A stretch of 63,030 nucleotides of DNA, counting the filler, from Octopus bimaculoides (taxonomy: Eukaryota): NCBI RefSeq assembly GCF_001194135.2. It is 5 parts of 5 records of this genome, joined end to end, with 100 filler letters (N's around TTAATTAATTAA, not from the genome) between each part and the next. Parts side by side here need not be neighbours in the genome. Positions count along the whole stretch, not along the records: positions 15,561 to 46,752 come from NC_068996.1; 4 more parts are not named here. One strand, 5' to 3'. Made by a program: the position numbers and the translations under genes. The notes under the pieces are model-generated. The model was not told the origin of the DNA, made no database searches, and worked only from the letters and a program-made list of their open reading frames with translations. Shown here one piece after another: positions 23,907 through 35,910 of this stretch (position 1 is the stretch's first letter; each line of letters starts with the position of its first letter).

Positions 23907-24104
23907 GAGAATGTACGAAAAAAACAACAACAGACGAGGACAGGTGGTGTAAACAACAAAAGGATGTATTAGTTTGACGCTCGGGAATACAGAAAGTCTT
24001 TAACGTTTCGAGCTATGCTCTTCAACAGAAAGAATACGGAGAAAACAAGGAGAAAAACAAGGAGAAAAAAATTGAATGGTGTTTGGTCAACGATCTATCA
24101 TGGC
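23904..24104 (-). mobile_element. Short (TA)n-associated element (family C), single copy
   Basis: Homologous to 35148-35344 and 35407-35589. Abuts a (TA)n array and ends in GATCTATCATGGC on +. Confidence 0.75.
23998..24032 (-). ncRNA. Variant hammerhead-like motif (family C, copy 1)
   Basis: CTTT-CTGTTGAA-GAGC.ATA.GCTC-GAAAC-GT-T^-AAAG. Hammerhead topology with non-canonical core and loop-less palindromic AACGTT. Confidence 0.5.
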
Positions 24105-26288
24105 TTCTGTCATGGCTTCTGCGGACAGGAAGTTTAGAAAGTTCATACAGGAGAGCTAAGAAAAAGGGGAGATAACAAAAGGGGGAAGAAAGAATGGTGA
24201 CCGAAGAACGAGGAGCTGTGTGTGTGAGAGAGAGAATGCTGGTGATCTTGACGTATGCATGTGTGAAATATATATATGTTTTTTGTGAATTCTCCCCATA
24301 TGTTACACACTCATATGGTCACACCAGTTTGATCTTGCCTCCACCTCATAACCCTTCGAACTTTTCATGGACACTTCGGCTGCACCTCTCCTAACCATGG
24401 ATTACACTCATCCATTGATGAGGTAATTAGTCACTTAGCTTTAAACCCAACTGAAGAGTGTGTCTGCAGTTTATCTCCCCTTTTCCAGCATGGTCGAAAC
24501 TGTAAACATGCTATTGTATTGTTACATAACTTCTTCACTGAAACTCCTGCTTATATTTATGGTCGTCCTTAGAATGATAAATGATTCCTATCTAATTATG
24601 ATAGCAAAAAATGCAACTGAGCCATCTGTTTTCCTTTTTGCTGATATTCTAAATTTTGGCATCTTCTCCTTCAACCCAAAACAAATTTTTTTCTTTTCTG
24701 TGAAATAACCAATTTGTTTATTATATTTTCACTTGGTTATGATTAAATGCCTGCTGAAATTATTATGTAATGTACATGGCATAATGCACATGATTATATC
24801 ATTATTATAGCATTGTTCTCTATCATGTCTATACACATGATTTTTTTTATTGGTCATTTACCAATTGCTGAAACAATTGTAAACCATGAAATAAATCTAA
24901 TGCTAGATATTCTGTTATTCACTTATTTTACACACAAACACACACACATGCATACACTAATATATAAATGGGCTTCTCTCAGTTTCCATCATTCAAATCT
25001 GCTCATAAGAACCATACAGAGGGACTGAATCTATGAGAAAAAAACACACAAAAACACCTATACACCCACACACACATACACACAGAGTCAAAGAAATGCA
25101 CACACACACACACACACGTACATGCATACACAGTTACAGAAATACACACACACATATGTATACACACACATACTCATACATAGAAACACTCACACAAATA
25201 CATACTTACACACATACTCATATACATTCATACACATGCACACATAAATTCACACACAAATTCACACACATACACATATACATTCACACACATACACACA
25301 CATATCTCTCTTCCTTGACTCGTTGTATTGTACTATTTTTTCACATTTTTTTTTTACAACTGCCCTACAGTGCACTGAAATTACCTCCACCTACTCAAGA
25401 GATATCAAGCAACAAAGTTCAAACTAAACATCAGTCGCAGCAATCACATCAATCACATTGATCACACCAACCACACCAATCACGTCAATCTCATCAATCA
25501 CATCAATCACATCAATCAAGGAATGTCTACAAAGTTCCTCTCCTCACTACCCTATCAATCTTTTACATGTTTCAGTCTTGGAAGTTTAGTCAATTAAATT
25601 GACTCCAGTATTTATTTTAAGTTCCATACTTATCTTTTTTGTTTTTTTAGTTGTTTTTTTTTGCTGAACTGCTAAGTAATGGGACAATACAAACCAACAT
25701 TGGTTGTCTTGCTAAATGATAGGAGGACAGGATTTACATCTACATACACACATACTACATGAGTGTGCGTGGGTGGGGGGAGGGGTGCATGTATCTTATA
25801 TATACTACTAAGATACTGGCATTTCATCAGTTATGACAACAAGAGTTTCAGTTGATCTGGTCAACAGAACAGCCTGCTCATGAAATTAAAACATGCAAGT
25901 GGATGAGCAGTTCATAGACATGCATACCCTTACTGTAGTTCTTAGGGACACAGAATGGGACAAGGCCAGCCCTTTGAAATACAGGTGTAACTCATTTTTG
26001 CTAGTTCAGTGGACTGGAGAAATGTGAAATAAAGTGTCTTGCTCAAGGACACAATGCACTGCGGGAATTGAAATCACAGCCTTACAATCATGAGCCAAAT
26101 ACTCTAACCACTAAGCCACATTTAGAAGGGTCGAACAAAATAAGGGAAACACCTTGCTAAAGGTTGACTTTGCCTTTCATTCTTTTGAGGTCGATAAATT
26201 AAGTACCAGTGGAACACTGGGGTCAATGTAATTGACTGGTCCCCTTCTCAAAAATTTCAGGCTTTGTGCTTATAGCAGAAAGGTTTAT

Positions 26289-27130
26289 TTAATATGGAGT
26301 TGGCCCTCCTCTGGCTACAATAGCTGCTGTAATACATTGAAGAATAGACTCATACAGCTTTTGAACAGTTGCTAGAGGAACTTTGATCTATCCATTGAGC
26401 GAAATCTGCTCTAGCTCCTTCAAAAATGTTGGAGGAGGGAAGCAATTCCTCACTTGTTGCTTTAAAGTGCACCATAAATGGTTGGTAATATTTAGATCTG
26501 ATGATTGTGCAGACCAATTTAAGTGTTCCATTTTACTTTCTGTTTTTGAAACCAATTATGAATCACTGTAGCAGTGTGAACTGGCACATTATTATCTTGG
26601 TTCACCATTAAGAAGTAATAGCTGCACCTTAGAATGAACTTTATTGTCCAAAATTTGCCTTGAAGTGCAACTGCAGGACCAAGAGAATTCTAAGATATTG
26701 CTACTCAAATCATCCAAGACCCATCTTCATGCTTAATGCCAGAGGTCAAGCAGCTGGGATGATAAACTCATCCTGAACTTGGGAAAAGCATGAAAGACAA
26801 TTCATCTGAGAAGATAACATTCTACCATTGATTTATTGTGAACTTCTAATGATTTTTACATCATTTTAATAAATTTCCCCATTCTGATGGCAGAAAGAAG
26901 GGATTTTGAAATTTTGAAAGAAGAGATTTTGAAATTGCAGCTCTCCCACGATATCTAGCACTATGGAACTTCCAACAAATGGTTTTGGTTGCCACTGGGT
27001 TGCAGTAGTTATATAATTTTTGGAAACAATGCTCTCTAATGCTCTGCAGTCCTTTCCTGAGACTACTAACTTCCAACAAGAATTACACATCTCAGAGCTC
27101 ACTTTCCCTTGTTTTGGAATGCTGTCACAA
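26289..27130 (-). pseudogene. Tc1-family transposase relic
   Basis: Minus strand gives KTICWKFHSARYRGRAA.SK.LL, WSAQSSDLNITNHLWCTLKQQVR and AIVARGGPTPY* (cf. Tc1 WPAQSPDLNPIE / AKGGPTPY). Confidence 0.88.
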
Positions 27131-27418
27131 TTTTAGAGAGAGTACCTCTCGAAACATGAAATAGTTTTGCAGTTTTAGTAAGTGAGGCTCTAGCCATCTG
27201 AGCTCCTACAATTTTCTCTGTTTGAAAATCGAAAAGGTCACGTATTTTATTATATATAAATATAACTATCTGAAAACGATAATATTAGGTTCTAGATGTC
27301 AGCAATACATTAACATATCTCTTGCATGCAATCCAAATTGTTATAACTAACTAATCTTGATTAGAAAATACAGTAAAATAAGCACCAGTGTTTCCATTAT
27401 CTTGTCCAACCCCTGTAT

Positions 27419-27486
<68 letters not shown>

Positions 27487-27839
27487 GCACACACACAACA
27501 AAAGATTGGAAAAGATTTTTGGTATTATTTATTTACCAATATGCATGTTTCTTCTACATGTACAATTTTATAACTCCTATTAGCAAATGAAACACATGTA
27601 ATGGTGAATGAATAATACCAAAAAAATTTTTTCCAACTTGATATTTAACTACTCTGCAAATAATATTTTTGAGGGATTTTCAACTCTTATGCATGCTTCA
27701 CACAATGATAATAGTCACATATAATTTTGGAGCACTGGAATGATTAGATGTGCTTTATGAGAACACAGCTTGGATAATAACCTCATCTACATACTATCTA
27801 TCTATCTATCTATATATATATATATATATGAAAGATGGA

Positions 27840-28960
27840 AGATAGAAGATACAAGAATTTTTATTAATCATGACAATTGTTTCAACACATTTAGCATCGA
27901 TCCCTCACAAGTGGTTCAGGAGCACCCGACAATGATGTATCTCTTCAGATGATAAATAGATATAACTCATTAAAATAACAGTTCCGCAATGTATCTTCTT
28001 ATGCAAAGAAAAGCAGCAAATTAAAGGATCATTTATATAGAAGATCAAAAATAAAGTAACAGATGCTAAAAAGAAAGGAACATGCAATGCAGAGAGAAAA
28101 ATATTTAAAATAACTGTTGAGGAATATGGATGTATAAACACCCTCACACAATCTGCATGGGGCATGTACACTTGCTCATACAAGCATCCATGAAGATGTG
28201 AGCATATGCACATGTATGGTTTGGTGCACACATGTTCTCATAGCAAGTTAAATAGTTACTTGGTGTTTATAAGAATGGGGAGATTAAAGTTAAACTTAAG
28301 CCATCCATACCTTAAAGTAAATTATGCTAACAGTCACTCAAATTAATTCCTGCTGCATTGTGCGAAAGTACATTTATATGCATGTAGGCATCTTGAGAGT
28401 CTTTCAGAAATTCTATTAATGATCTTATTGGTCCACAGAATAGACAGGGATTCCTCAGAGCAGAGTTAGCATCTCCTGGTAATGATATTGTATGGTTTTG
28501 TGTGGCTTACTATGTGGACCAAGTTACACTTAATTTTATCTTCCTTCAGTTGCCACACCAAATCAACCAAAGATGTTCAATGTCTCTCATTGATTCTTTT
28601 GATGCTGGCTACATGGTTGTGATAACAATTCTTAAATAACTTAGCCATTCACCCAATGTAAACATACAGATCTCCCCTTGTGTGCACAGTACATTTATAA
28701 ACAAGATTTGTACTCATACAGAGGTTCGTCAATGGGCATTTTGATCTTTCTCTGCATGAGCATTTATTATATCTATTTGTATATTTGGTAGATCTGACTT
28801 CATTTTCCAATGTTGTAACAGTGTTCGCTATATCATAATCATTTCTACTGTCACAATTTGGTGCTTATCATTGTAGTTTACATCTCTTTTGTTGGTATAT
28901 AGGTGCGTATGTTTGCTAGATCCAATAGGTAGTTTATCAAACTGTTTCCACATTTTACTA
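27840..28960 (-). mobile_element. Penelope-like element 3' relic: GIY-YIG endonuclease (~28390-28770) followed by pLTR-like region with hammerhead
   Basis: Minus translation KCSCRERSKCPLTNLCMSTNLVYKCTV...YVYIG*..KLFKNCYHNHVAS...VWQLKE...RC*LCSEE matches the Cys-rich PLE GIY-YIG pattern (CxCR..CPL..C..VY..YIG..FK.R..NH..W.LK..C.LC.E). Confidence 0.8.
27867..27953 (-). ncRNA. Type-I hammerhead ribozyme motif (family D), canonical core
   Basis: ATCAT-CTGAAGA-GATACAT.(44-nt loop).ATGTGTT-GAAAC-AATT-GTC^-ATGAT: 5-bp stem I, 7-bp stem II with two G.U pairs, palindromic ACAATTGT, GUC cleavage triplet. Confidence 0.8.
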
Positions 28961-29436
28961 TTGTTTATGTGGTGCATATGCTGCTCTAAATTAGTGGAGT
29001 TGACATAAAATAGTATGGCATCTATTAGATTTAGGAAAACATTTGTCTAAAGTGGTATGTATGTATGTATGTATGTATGTATGTATGTATGTATGTGTAT
29101 AACTACACATGGAAATCCACTTCTTTTTTCCATTTGTGTGTGTATGTACATATATATATATATATATATATACATACACACATACATGCATACATAAATA
29201 CATACATACATTCATACATACATATACATACTGGCCCATACAAGCAGGGAAAAGTGAATGTTAAGATAATGATGATAGGGATGATGCTTAAATATCATCA
29301 TCAGCCACTTCTCCATGCTTGCATGAGTCAGATGGAATTTCTTAAAGCAAATTTTCTACAGCTAGCTGTTTAGATGTCTTTCCTGTCACCAAACCTCATC
29401 TAGGGAAGACTGGAAACACACACACACACACACACA

Positions 29437-30295
29437 CACGGTGTTTGGGCTAAATTTGACTATTTTTTATGTCTTCTTTTTTTCAGGAACAGCTTGATGT
29501 ATTGGTGAACATTGACCAGCGTTGGGGAGCATAAAGATTGAATTTGTAGTTGAGAAAAAGTTCGCTGACATGGAGGACTGGAAGTTATTTGAATATTGAA
29601 AAAAGTTACCTGTGTCATGATGATTTGAGCTGGCATCATGACTACTGTTCAATGCTCTGTTATTGTTGTAAAGGCCATGTAAGATGTGATATGGATATCA
29701 TGAAAACCAAGTTCCCCCAAACTGTGATAGTCTTTGGGTGTGCCCCCAGTGAGGGTGCCACCCAACATCTCCAAAAAGGTTGTTAGGCTCAATTCAGATG
29801 GCCATGTGAATCTGCTAGAAGCTGTGATCAAACCGTGGCTAAATAAGGGTACAGCTGGAAGACTAAATTTGTGGCAGCAGGATTCAGCTCCTTGCTATAT
29901 CTCCAGAAAGTCTCAGAAGTGGTTGTCAGAGAATTTCTTCAACTTCACCAGCCCAAATTTCTGGCCTTCCAATTTCCCCTGATTGTAATCCCATAGATTA
30001 ATATGTGTGGAGTGCAGTTGAGCAAGACACCAATCACTCTGCCTGCTCTGGAGGCCAAGATCAAGGATGTGTTCAAGATCTTCCCAGGGACATAGTGAAG
30101 AACGTATTTGCCAGATTTTGGAACCATCTTGAAGCCATGGAAGAAGTTGAGAGCAACTACTTAGTATAAACTGATATCTCCCAAACATAATCTAGTTGAT
30201 ATTTTTTGATTCTTTAAAAATATTTTAGCTTTGGGTATGATATTGTATCTTCCTTTCTTTTTATGTAAATCGTCAAATTTAGCTTGTACACCCTG
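29437..30295 (+). mobile_element. Internally deleted Tc1/mariner element of maT (DD37D)-like type
   Basis: 24-bp TIRs (CACGGTGTTTGGGCTAAATTTGAC vs rc CAGGGTGTACAAGCTAAATTTGAC). Internal KTKFPQTVIVFG, WQQDSAPC, FWPSN.PDCNPID motifs. Confidence 0.82.
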
Positions 30296-30304
30296 CATAC
30301 ACAC

Positions 30305-30355
<51 letters not shown>

Positions 30356-31035
30356 CTTTTATTCTTTTAATTGCTTCAGTCATTTGACTGTGGCTAAGCT
30401 GGAGCATTGCCTTTAGTTGAACAAATCAATCCCAGGATTTATTCTTTGTAAGCCTAGTACTTATTCCATCGGTCTCTTTTGCTGAGCCGCTAAGTTACAG
30501 CGATGTAAATACACCAGTTGTCAAGCAATGGCTGGAGGATAAATACATAAATACACAAATACATACATAATATATATATATATTTGTATATATATATAAA
30601 TATATATATCATACTGTCTCTTAGGACAGTAAAACATTCCTTCAATATACACAAGAGAAAAAGGCCAGGTCAGTTCCTTCTCAATTTTATTCGATTGTCA
30701 AAGAATATGTATAAGAATATGTATATGTATTTTTCCATATGTGTATTTTCATACACTGTTTTTAACACTGTTTTTAACAATTTCACCTTAATATCAGAGA
30801 ATGTGTGACAATCAGTATGTAACACTACAAAGTTCATACAAAGCTTTATACTTTAAATATATTTTATCACCAAAGAATGTATATATGCATTTTAATACTC
30901 AAACTGTTTTTTAACATTTTTTATTATTCTNNNNNNNNNNNNNNNNNNNNNNNNNNNNNNNNNNNNNNNNNNNNNNNNNNNNNNNNNNNNNNNNNNNNNN
31001 NNNNNNNNNNNNNNNNNNNNNNNNNNNNNNNNNNN

Positions 31036-31082
<47 letters not shown>

Positions 31083-31489
31083 TATTTATAGATGATGATA
31101 TAAATATATGTATATATATACATATAATACGTAGATATATGTATTACACACACATATATATATCTTTATATATATATATACAGAGTGAGAGAGAGAGAGA
31201 AAGATAAAGAAAGAGTGGGAAAGAGAGTGGGAGGGAGAGGAAGGGGGAGAGATAGCATTTAATATAACAAGTATGGAAATATAATATTTCCGGTTAGATT
31301 TAATTTCATATTTACTTTCCACTTACCATAATTATTAACCACAACTGTATAAGCTTTATACACTATTTTCTAACGAGCCACTACTGTTGTTGCTGTTGTT
31401 AGTTGGGGTGGCTGTGTTGTTGTCAAAATCATCATCATCATCATCATCATAATTCCTGTCTTTGATCTAATTTACTTCCAATTATAGCC

Positions 31490-31585
31490 ATGAATCACCA
31501 CCACCACCACCACCACCACCATCACCACCACCATCACCACCATCACCACCATCACCACCACTACCACTATCACCACCATTATCAT
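31490..31585. repeat. (CAC/CAT)n trinucleotide array
   Basis: Direct reading. Similar composite arrays at 36890-37320, 46040-46350 and 51950-52165. Confidence 0.95.
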
Positions 31586-32189
31586 AATCAAGGGTGGCCA
31601 ATTTTCCCCAGAAATGGGCCTAAAGAAAGCTATCCTGAAAGGTCGGGAAGAGATAGCAAATACATGCATTGCCTCCCTCATATATTATCGCCTGACTGTC
31701 ATGCCTTGCCCCAGTTTATGTCTGACCAAACTGGAGTGTTGTACTCTTCTGCTTTCTGTGGTCAGGCACCCCATTAGCTGTCAACACCTACTGACTGGAG
31801 CACTGGGCATGCCATGGCTGCTGATGTGCAGACATGAGCTGAGGCTGTGGCATCTCCAGTACTTCCTAGACAGTGAGCAAGTGTGGCCACTATTTGCCAG
31901 ACACAATTTTCAACAGGCTGAATCTCTGTCTGAGCTGCAACCCTTGATCAAGCATAGACCAAGGTAGGGCGCCTGGCACCTAGAGTATCATCAGGTGCTC
32001 ACTGTCTTCTGTCAGTCAGGCAATGTGGTCGGTGGAAGTTCCACTCAAGCATTCTATAGAGGGTTAGTGGTAGGCAGGTGTAACAATGTTCTTGTGTAGA
32101 CTCTGGGTGTCGGTAAGAATGATTTGGCTGGTCTGTTCCAGAGGACTTTTGGATTGGGCCCATAGATAACTTCCAGAAATCCCTGGTCT

Positions 32190-32561
32190 GGCAGTGTTAC
32201 CCGGAAGTGAATAGTGAGTTACTACATGTAACTTTAGGTATCCACGAGTTTTCAGCAGTCTTTCATGTATTTAGAACCTTCCTGATAATCCTTGCTGTCC
32301 CTAAGAGACAAACTTTCTCTTGGAGCTCTACCAGGCATTCTATTTCAATCTCCTTCAGCCATTTGTCTTATCTTGGCTCTTTGTTCTCAACGCACCAATT
32401 ATTATAGGCACAATCTTTACTGTTCACATGCTCCAAATTCTTCCTATTTCAAACTTTAAGGGATTGTATTTTTTGTTTTTCTTCCTCTTTCTTCATGATC
32501 TTGGTATCAAACAGGCATGATGGGTCGATAAGTAAGCAACTTTGATTTTCATTTATCATTA
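32190..32561 (-). mobile_element. RLE-type (R4/Dong-like) non-LTR retrotransposon 3' fragment
   Basis: LLIDPSCLFDT..KKEEEK..KYNPLKFEIGRIWSM*.VKIVPIIIGAL...LQEKVCLLGTARIIRKVLNT*. 5' end abuts (TAA)n at 32562-32612. Confidence 0.78.
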
Positions 32562-32562
32562 C

Positions 32563-32613
<51 letters not shown>

Positions 32614-32823
32614 GTTTTTTTGCTTCTTTCTTCAAATTTTCTTCCATTTCTCGCCGAGTGTTTTCCGTACACCTAGGGCAGAGAAGCTTATTGTATGCAT
32701 TCCCAGTTTACACACGCAAATTCACAGGTAAAATATGTATTTAAAAAAATTAATAAATAAATAAATAAATTCATGAATGGATGTTGTTTTCACAGCGGTA
32801 ATGCTCTTCACAGTACATGAGTC

Positions 32824-32880
<57 letters not shown>

Positions 32881-32883
<3 letters not shown>

Positions 32884-33110
32884 CTTAACCTGATTTATCT
32901 ATGTCATGTCTCAGCTCCATCCCACAGCTTAGAGACACAACATTTTTCTCAACACATGAGCTGTTCCAAGTATTACTGCCAGCTGTTTAGTATTATGAAG
33001 TTTAGTGTTTTCAGCTTTTGATGTCAGAATATTGCTCTCTTTGAGCTGGTCCCAAATGCTTCAATCACAATAGGTACCACTCTCGCTTTTAAGACTCTAT
33101 GAATTCTTTT
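32881..33110 (-). mobile_element. Second RLE-type (R4/Dong-like) 3' fragment ending in (TAA)n
   Basis: RVVPIVIEAFGT...QLAVILGTAHVLRKMLCL*, then a short 3' UTR and (AAT)n at 32825-32880. Confidence 0.72.
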
Positions 33111-34292
33111 CACTTCTGAGCTGGCAAAATCGTTAGCATGCTGGGCAAAATGCCTAGCAGTATTTCGTCCATATTCAGGTTCTGAGTTCAAATTCTGCTG
33201 AGCTCGACTTTGCCTTTCATCCTCTCAGGAACAGTAAAATCAATCAATTTACCCCCACCCCAAAATTGCTGGCCTTGTGCCAAAATTTGAAATCATTATT
33301 ATTATATTATGCTGTCTCTCTTCCTCACTTTCTCACTCTCTTTGTTTATCTCTCTCTTCCTCTACACCAATGGAATCTTTTGAAGCTGATATTTTGGACA
33401 TATATATCATTTTCTTTTTTACTTGTTTCAGTCATTAGACTGCAGCCATTCTGAGGCACCCCCTTTAAGAATTTTTAGTTGAATGAATGAATAATAATAA
33501 TAATAATAATAATGATAATAATAATATTTCCCCAAAGGGTTTCTAACCCAATATTTGTGTGCTATTATTTAGTACTTTATCTGCTTCGAGATTCTCCATT
33601 CATAAAATTATTGTTATTATTATTGCCATTTAGACAGCAAGCTGGCAGAATCATTAGTATGCTGGGCAAAATGTTTAGCAGCATTTCATCTGTCTTTATG
33701 TTCTGAGTTCAAATTCCACTAAAGCTGACTACCTTTTATCCGTTTGGGGGTCAATAAAATAAGTACTAGTTGAGCACTGGGAATTGATGTGTTTGACTAA
33801 CCCCCTCCCCTGAACTTACTGGCCTTGTGCCAAAATTTGAAGCCATGGTTGTTGTTGTTGTTGTTGCTCTTTTTCTTTTTCTTGTTGTTGTTGTTGTTGT
33901 CATCATCGTCACTGTGTTATCATCATCATTATTGATACTCTTACTACAGAACCAATGTAGTGCTGTGTGCCTTGCATACATGCCATGTTTTGTTAATCAC
34001 TCTTATTTACAATACTCTACGTAATATATATAAAGTAATTAGAAGCAATATTTTCTATGTGTAAATGGGTGTAGAACCTGGAATCCTCTACATAATGTAT
34101 GTTCAATGGTGTACATATATTATGTTGTGGTGTTATTTTCTGTGATAGGGATATTGGGGTTGTAGTAATAATGTAGAGATACGTTCACACTAGAAAAGTT
34201 TCTTCTACATAAATACAAGCTACAGAAGCAGTAAGGTCTTTGGCCCAGCTGTAGCACATGATGCCATGCTCTTTGGAGAAATGCTTCTTTAT

Positions 34293-34398
34293 AAGACCAC
34301 ATTAGAATATTTATTCATCAGTTAATACTAAATTAGTATTAACTGGCAAGACCACATTAGAATATTTATTCATCAGTTAATACTAAATTAGTATTAAC
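34293..34398. repeat. Perfect 51-bp tandem duplication (period 55), each copy with a 10-bp hairpin GTTAATACTA-AAT-TAGTATTAAC
   Basis: Copies 34293-34343 and 34348-34398 are separated by TGGC and directly precede a SINE head. Confidence 0.9.
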
Positions 34399-34762
34399 AA
34401 GGCGGTGAGCTGGCAGAAATGTTGGTACGCCGAGTGAAATGCTTAGCGGTATTTCGTCTGCTGCTACATTATGTGTTTTTTAACACATAATACTGGAGAG
34501 AAATAAAACTAACATGTTTTCACATATGACTACATGAAAGTACCACATGATAAGTAATAAAATGCATATACGGTGCATTTTCTATGTTTGTTTACAACAG
34601 CCAATTAAATCATGATGTACTGTTGACCCAGCATATTTCACTAATTTAATGTTTTCAAATATCTTTACTTGCATTTTGCTATAATACTGCTTCTCCACTT
34701 CATTCATATGAACAACTGGAAACATGAAACAGTTCAAGAAACTATATCCTTAGTTTCTAACA

Positions 34763-34797
<35 letters not shown>

Positions 34798-35243
34798 ATC
34801 ATTATCATCATTGTTTATTAAGGTATGTTTCACTTTATATGTTGGTTGGTGTTCTTGTTGAATAGACTTGATTGTGCAGACTTATGATCAAAAGTGTTCC
34901 AGCCGTGACCAACCCATCTTTTTACATGTATGTTTTAAGATAGCAAAGGTGTGATATGTGGGAGATTTGGCTATGATTTCTAGCAAATATATGAAGATCC
35001 TCTTGGTGGTTCATTCAGATATCAATATCTCTAGGGGCAGACATGACTTGGCAAAGATATGTTTGTGCAGTTAAGAAGCATGCTTCCAACCTCACAGTTT
35101 TGGGTTCAGTTTCACTACATGGTACTTTGGGCAGGTGCCTTCTATTTTAGTGAGAATTTACAAAAAAACAAAAAACAAAAGACAAAGACAGGTGTGCAAA
35201 CAACAAACAGATGTACTAGTTTAATGCTCAGGAAGTGAGAAAG

Positions 35244-35280
35244 CCTTTTACGTTTCAAGCCTATGCTCTTCGACAGAAAG
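35244..35280 (-). ncRNA. Variant hammerhead-like motif (family C, copy 2)
   Basis: CTTT-CTGTCGAA-GAGC.ATAG.GCTT-GAAAC-GT-A^-AAAG. Confidence 0.5.
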
Positions 35281-35496
35281 AAACACAGAAATAAGCAGGG
35301 AGAGAAAATAAAAATGGTTTAGTGGCTAGTGATCTATCATGGCGAATATACATATATCCACACACACACACATATATATATATATATACATATATTTATA
35401 TACATATAGTGAGAATTTACAAAGAAAGAAAGGATGAAGACGGGTGTGTAAAGAACAAACAGATGTATTAGTTTAACACTCAGGAAGTGAGAAAGT

Positions 35497-35532
35497 CTTT
35501 AATGTTTCGAGCCTAAGCTCTTTGACAGAAAG
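35497..35532 (-). ncRNA. Variant hammerhead-like motif (family C, copy 3; CpG-decayed)
   Basis: CTTT-CTGTCAAA-GAGC.TTAG.GCTC-GAAAC-AT-T^-AAAG. Confidence 0.4.
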
Positions 35533-35816
35533 GAACACAAAAATAAACAGGAAATAGAAAAAGGTTTAGTGGCTGGCGATCTATCATGCGATCTATCATG
35601 CCTTCTATTATAGCCTTAGGTAGAGCAAAGCCTTGTGAATGGGTTTAAAGTAGATGAAGGCAAAGTTGCTTTTTTGAGTTATACCAAGTCATAAGAGCCA
35701 ATTTCCATGGCATATATATTCCCCTCCTGGATAGGACACCAGTCCATCACAGGATCACTCATTTTTTTCCAGCTGAGAGGTCTGGAGCAACGTGAAATGA
35801 AGTGTTTTGCTCAAGA

Positions 35817-35910
35817 ACACTATTTACTAGCATTTTATTAAGTTCCATGTTCAAATTCCATCGTAGTTCACTTGAACCATCCATGCTTTCTAAGTTGCAA
35901 AGGGCAAAGG
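35817..35910 (+). repeat. 94-bp dispersed direct repeat, second copy at 38879-38972
   Basis: 93/94 identical (one CG/CA difference), 3.06 kb apart. Confidence 0.9.

Larger units (their letters stand above)
35147..35598 (-). mobile_element. Tandem dimer of family-C element (period ~252 nt) inserted into a SINE, flanked by 11-bp TSD TGCCTTCTATT
   Basis: TSD at 35136-35146 and 35599-35609. Host SINE resumes (ATAGCC...CAAAGCCTTGTGA) after the insert. Units 35148-35344 and 35407-35589 are joined by a (TA/CA)n linker. Confidence 0.8.

Noticed and set aside
27130-27165. GAGA-GTACC-TCTC-GAAACATG hairpin followed by GAAAC
   Set aside because: CUGANGA core and GUH triplet absent.
31640-32010. GC-richer segment that may be a LINE remnant
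   Set aside because: No convincing motif could be read in any frame, so left unannotated.
32775-32822. Minus-strand CTGTGAAGAGC-ATTACC-GCTGTGAAAAC, reminiscent of family-C hammerhead
   Set aside because: No stem III, cleavage triplet or stem I partner. At most a decayed relative.
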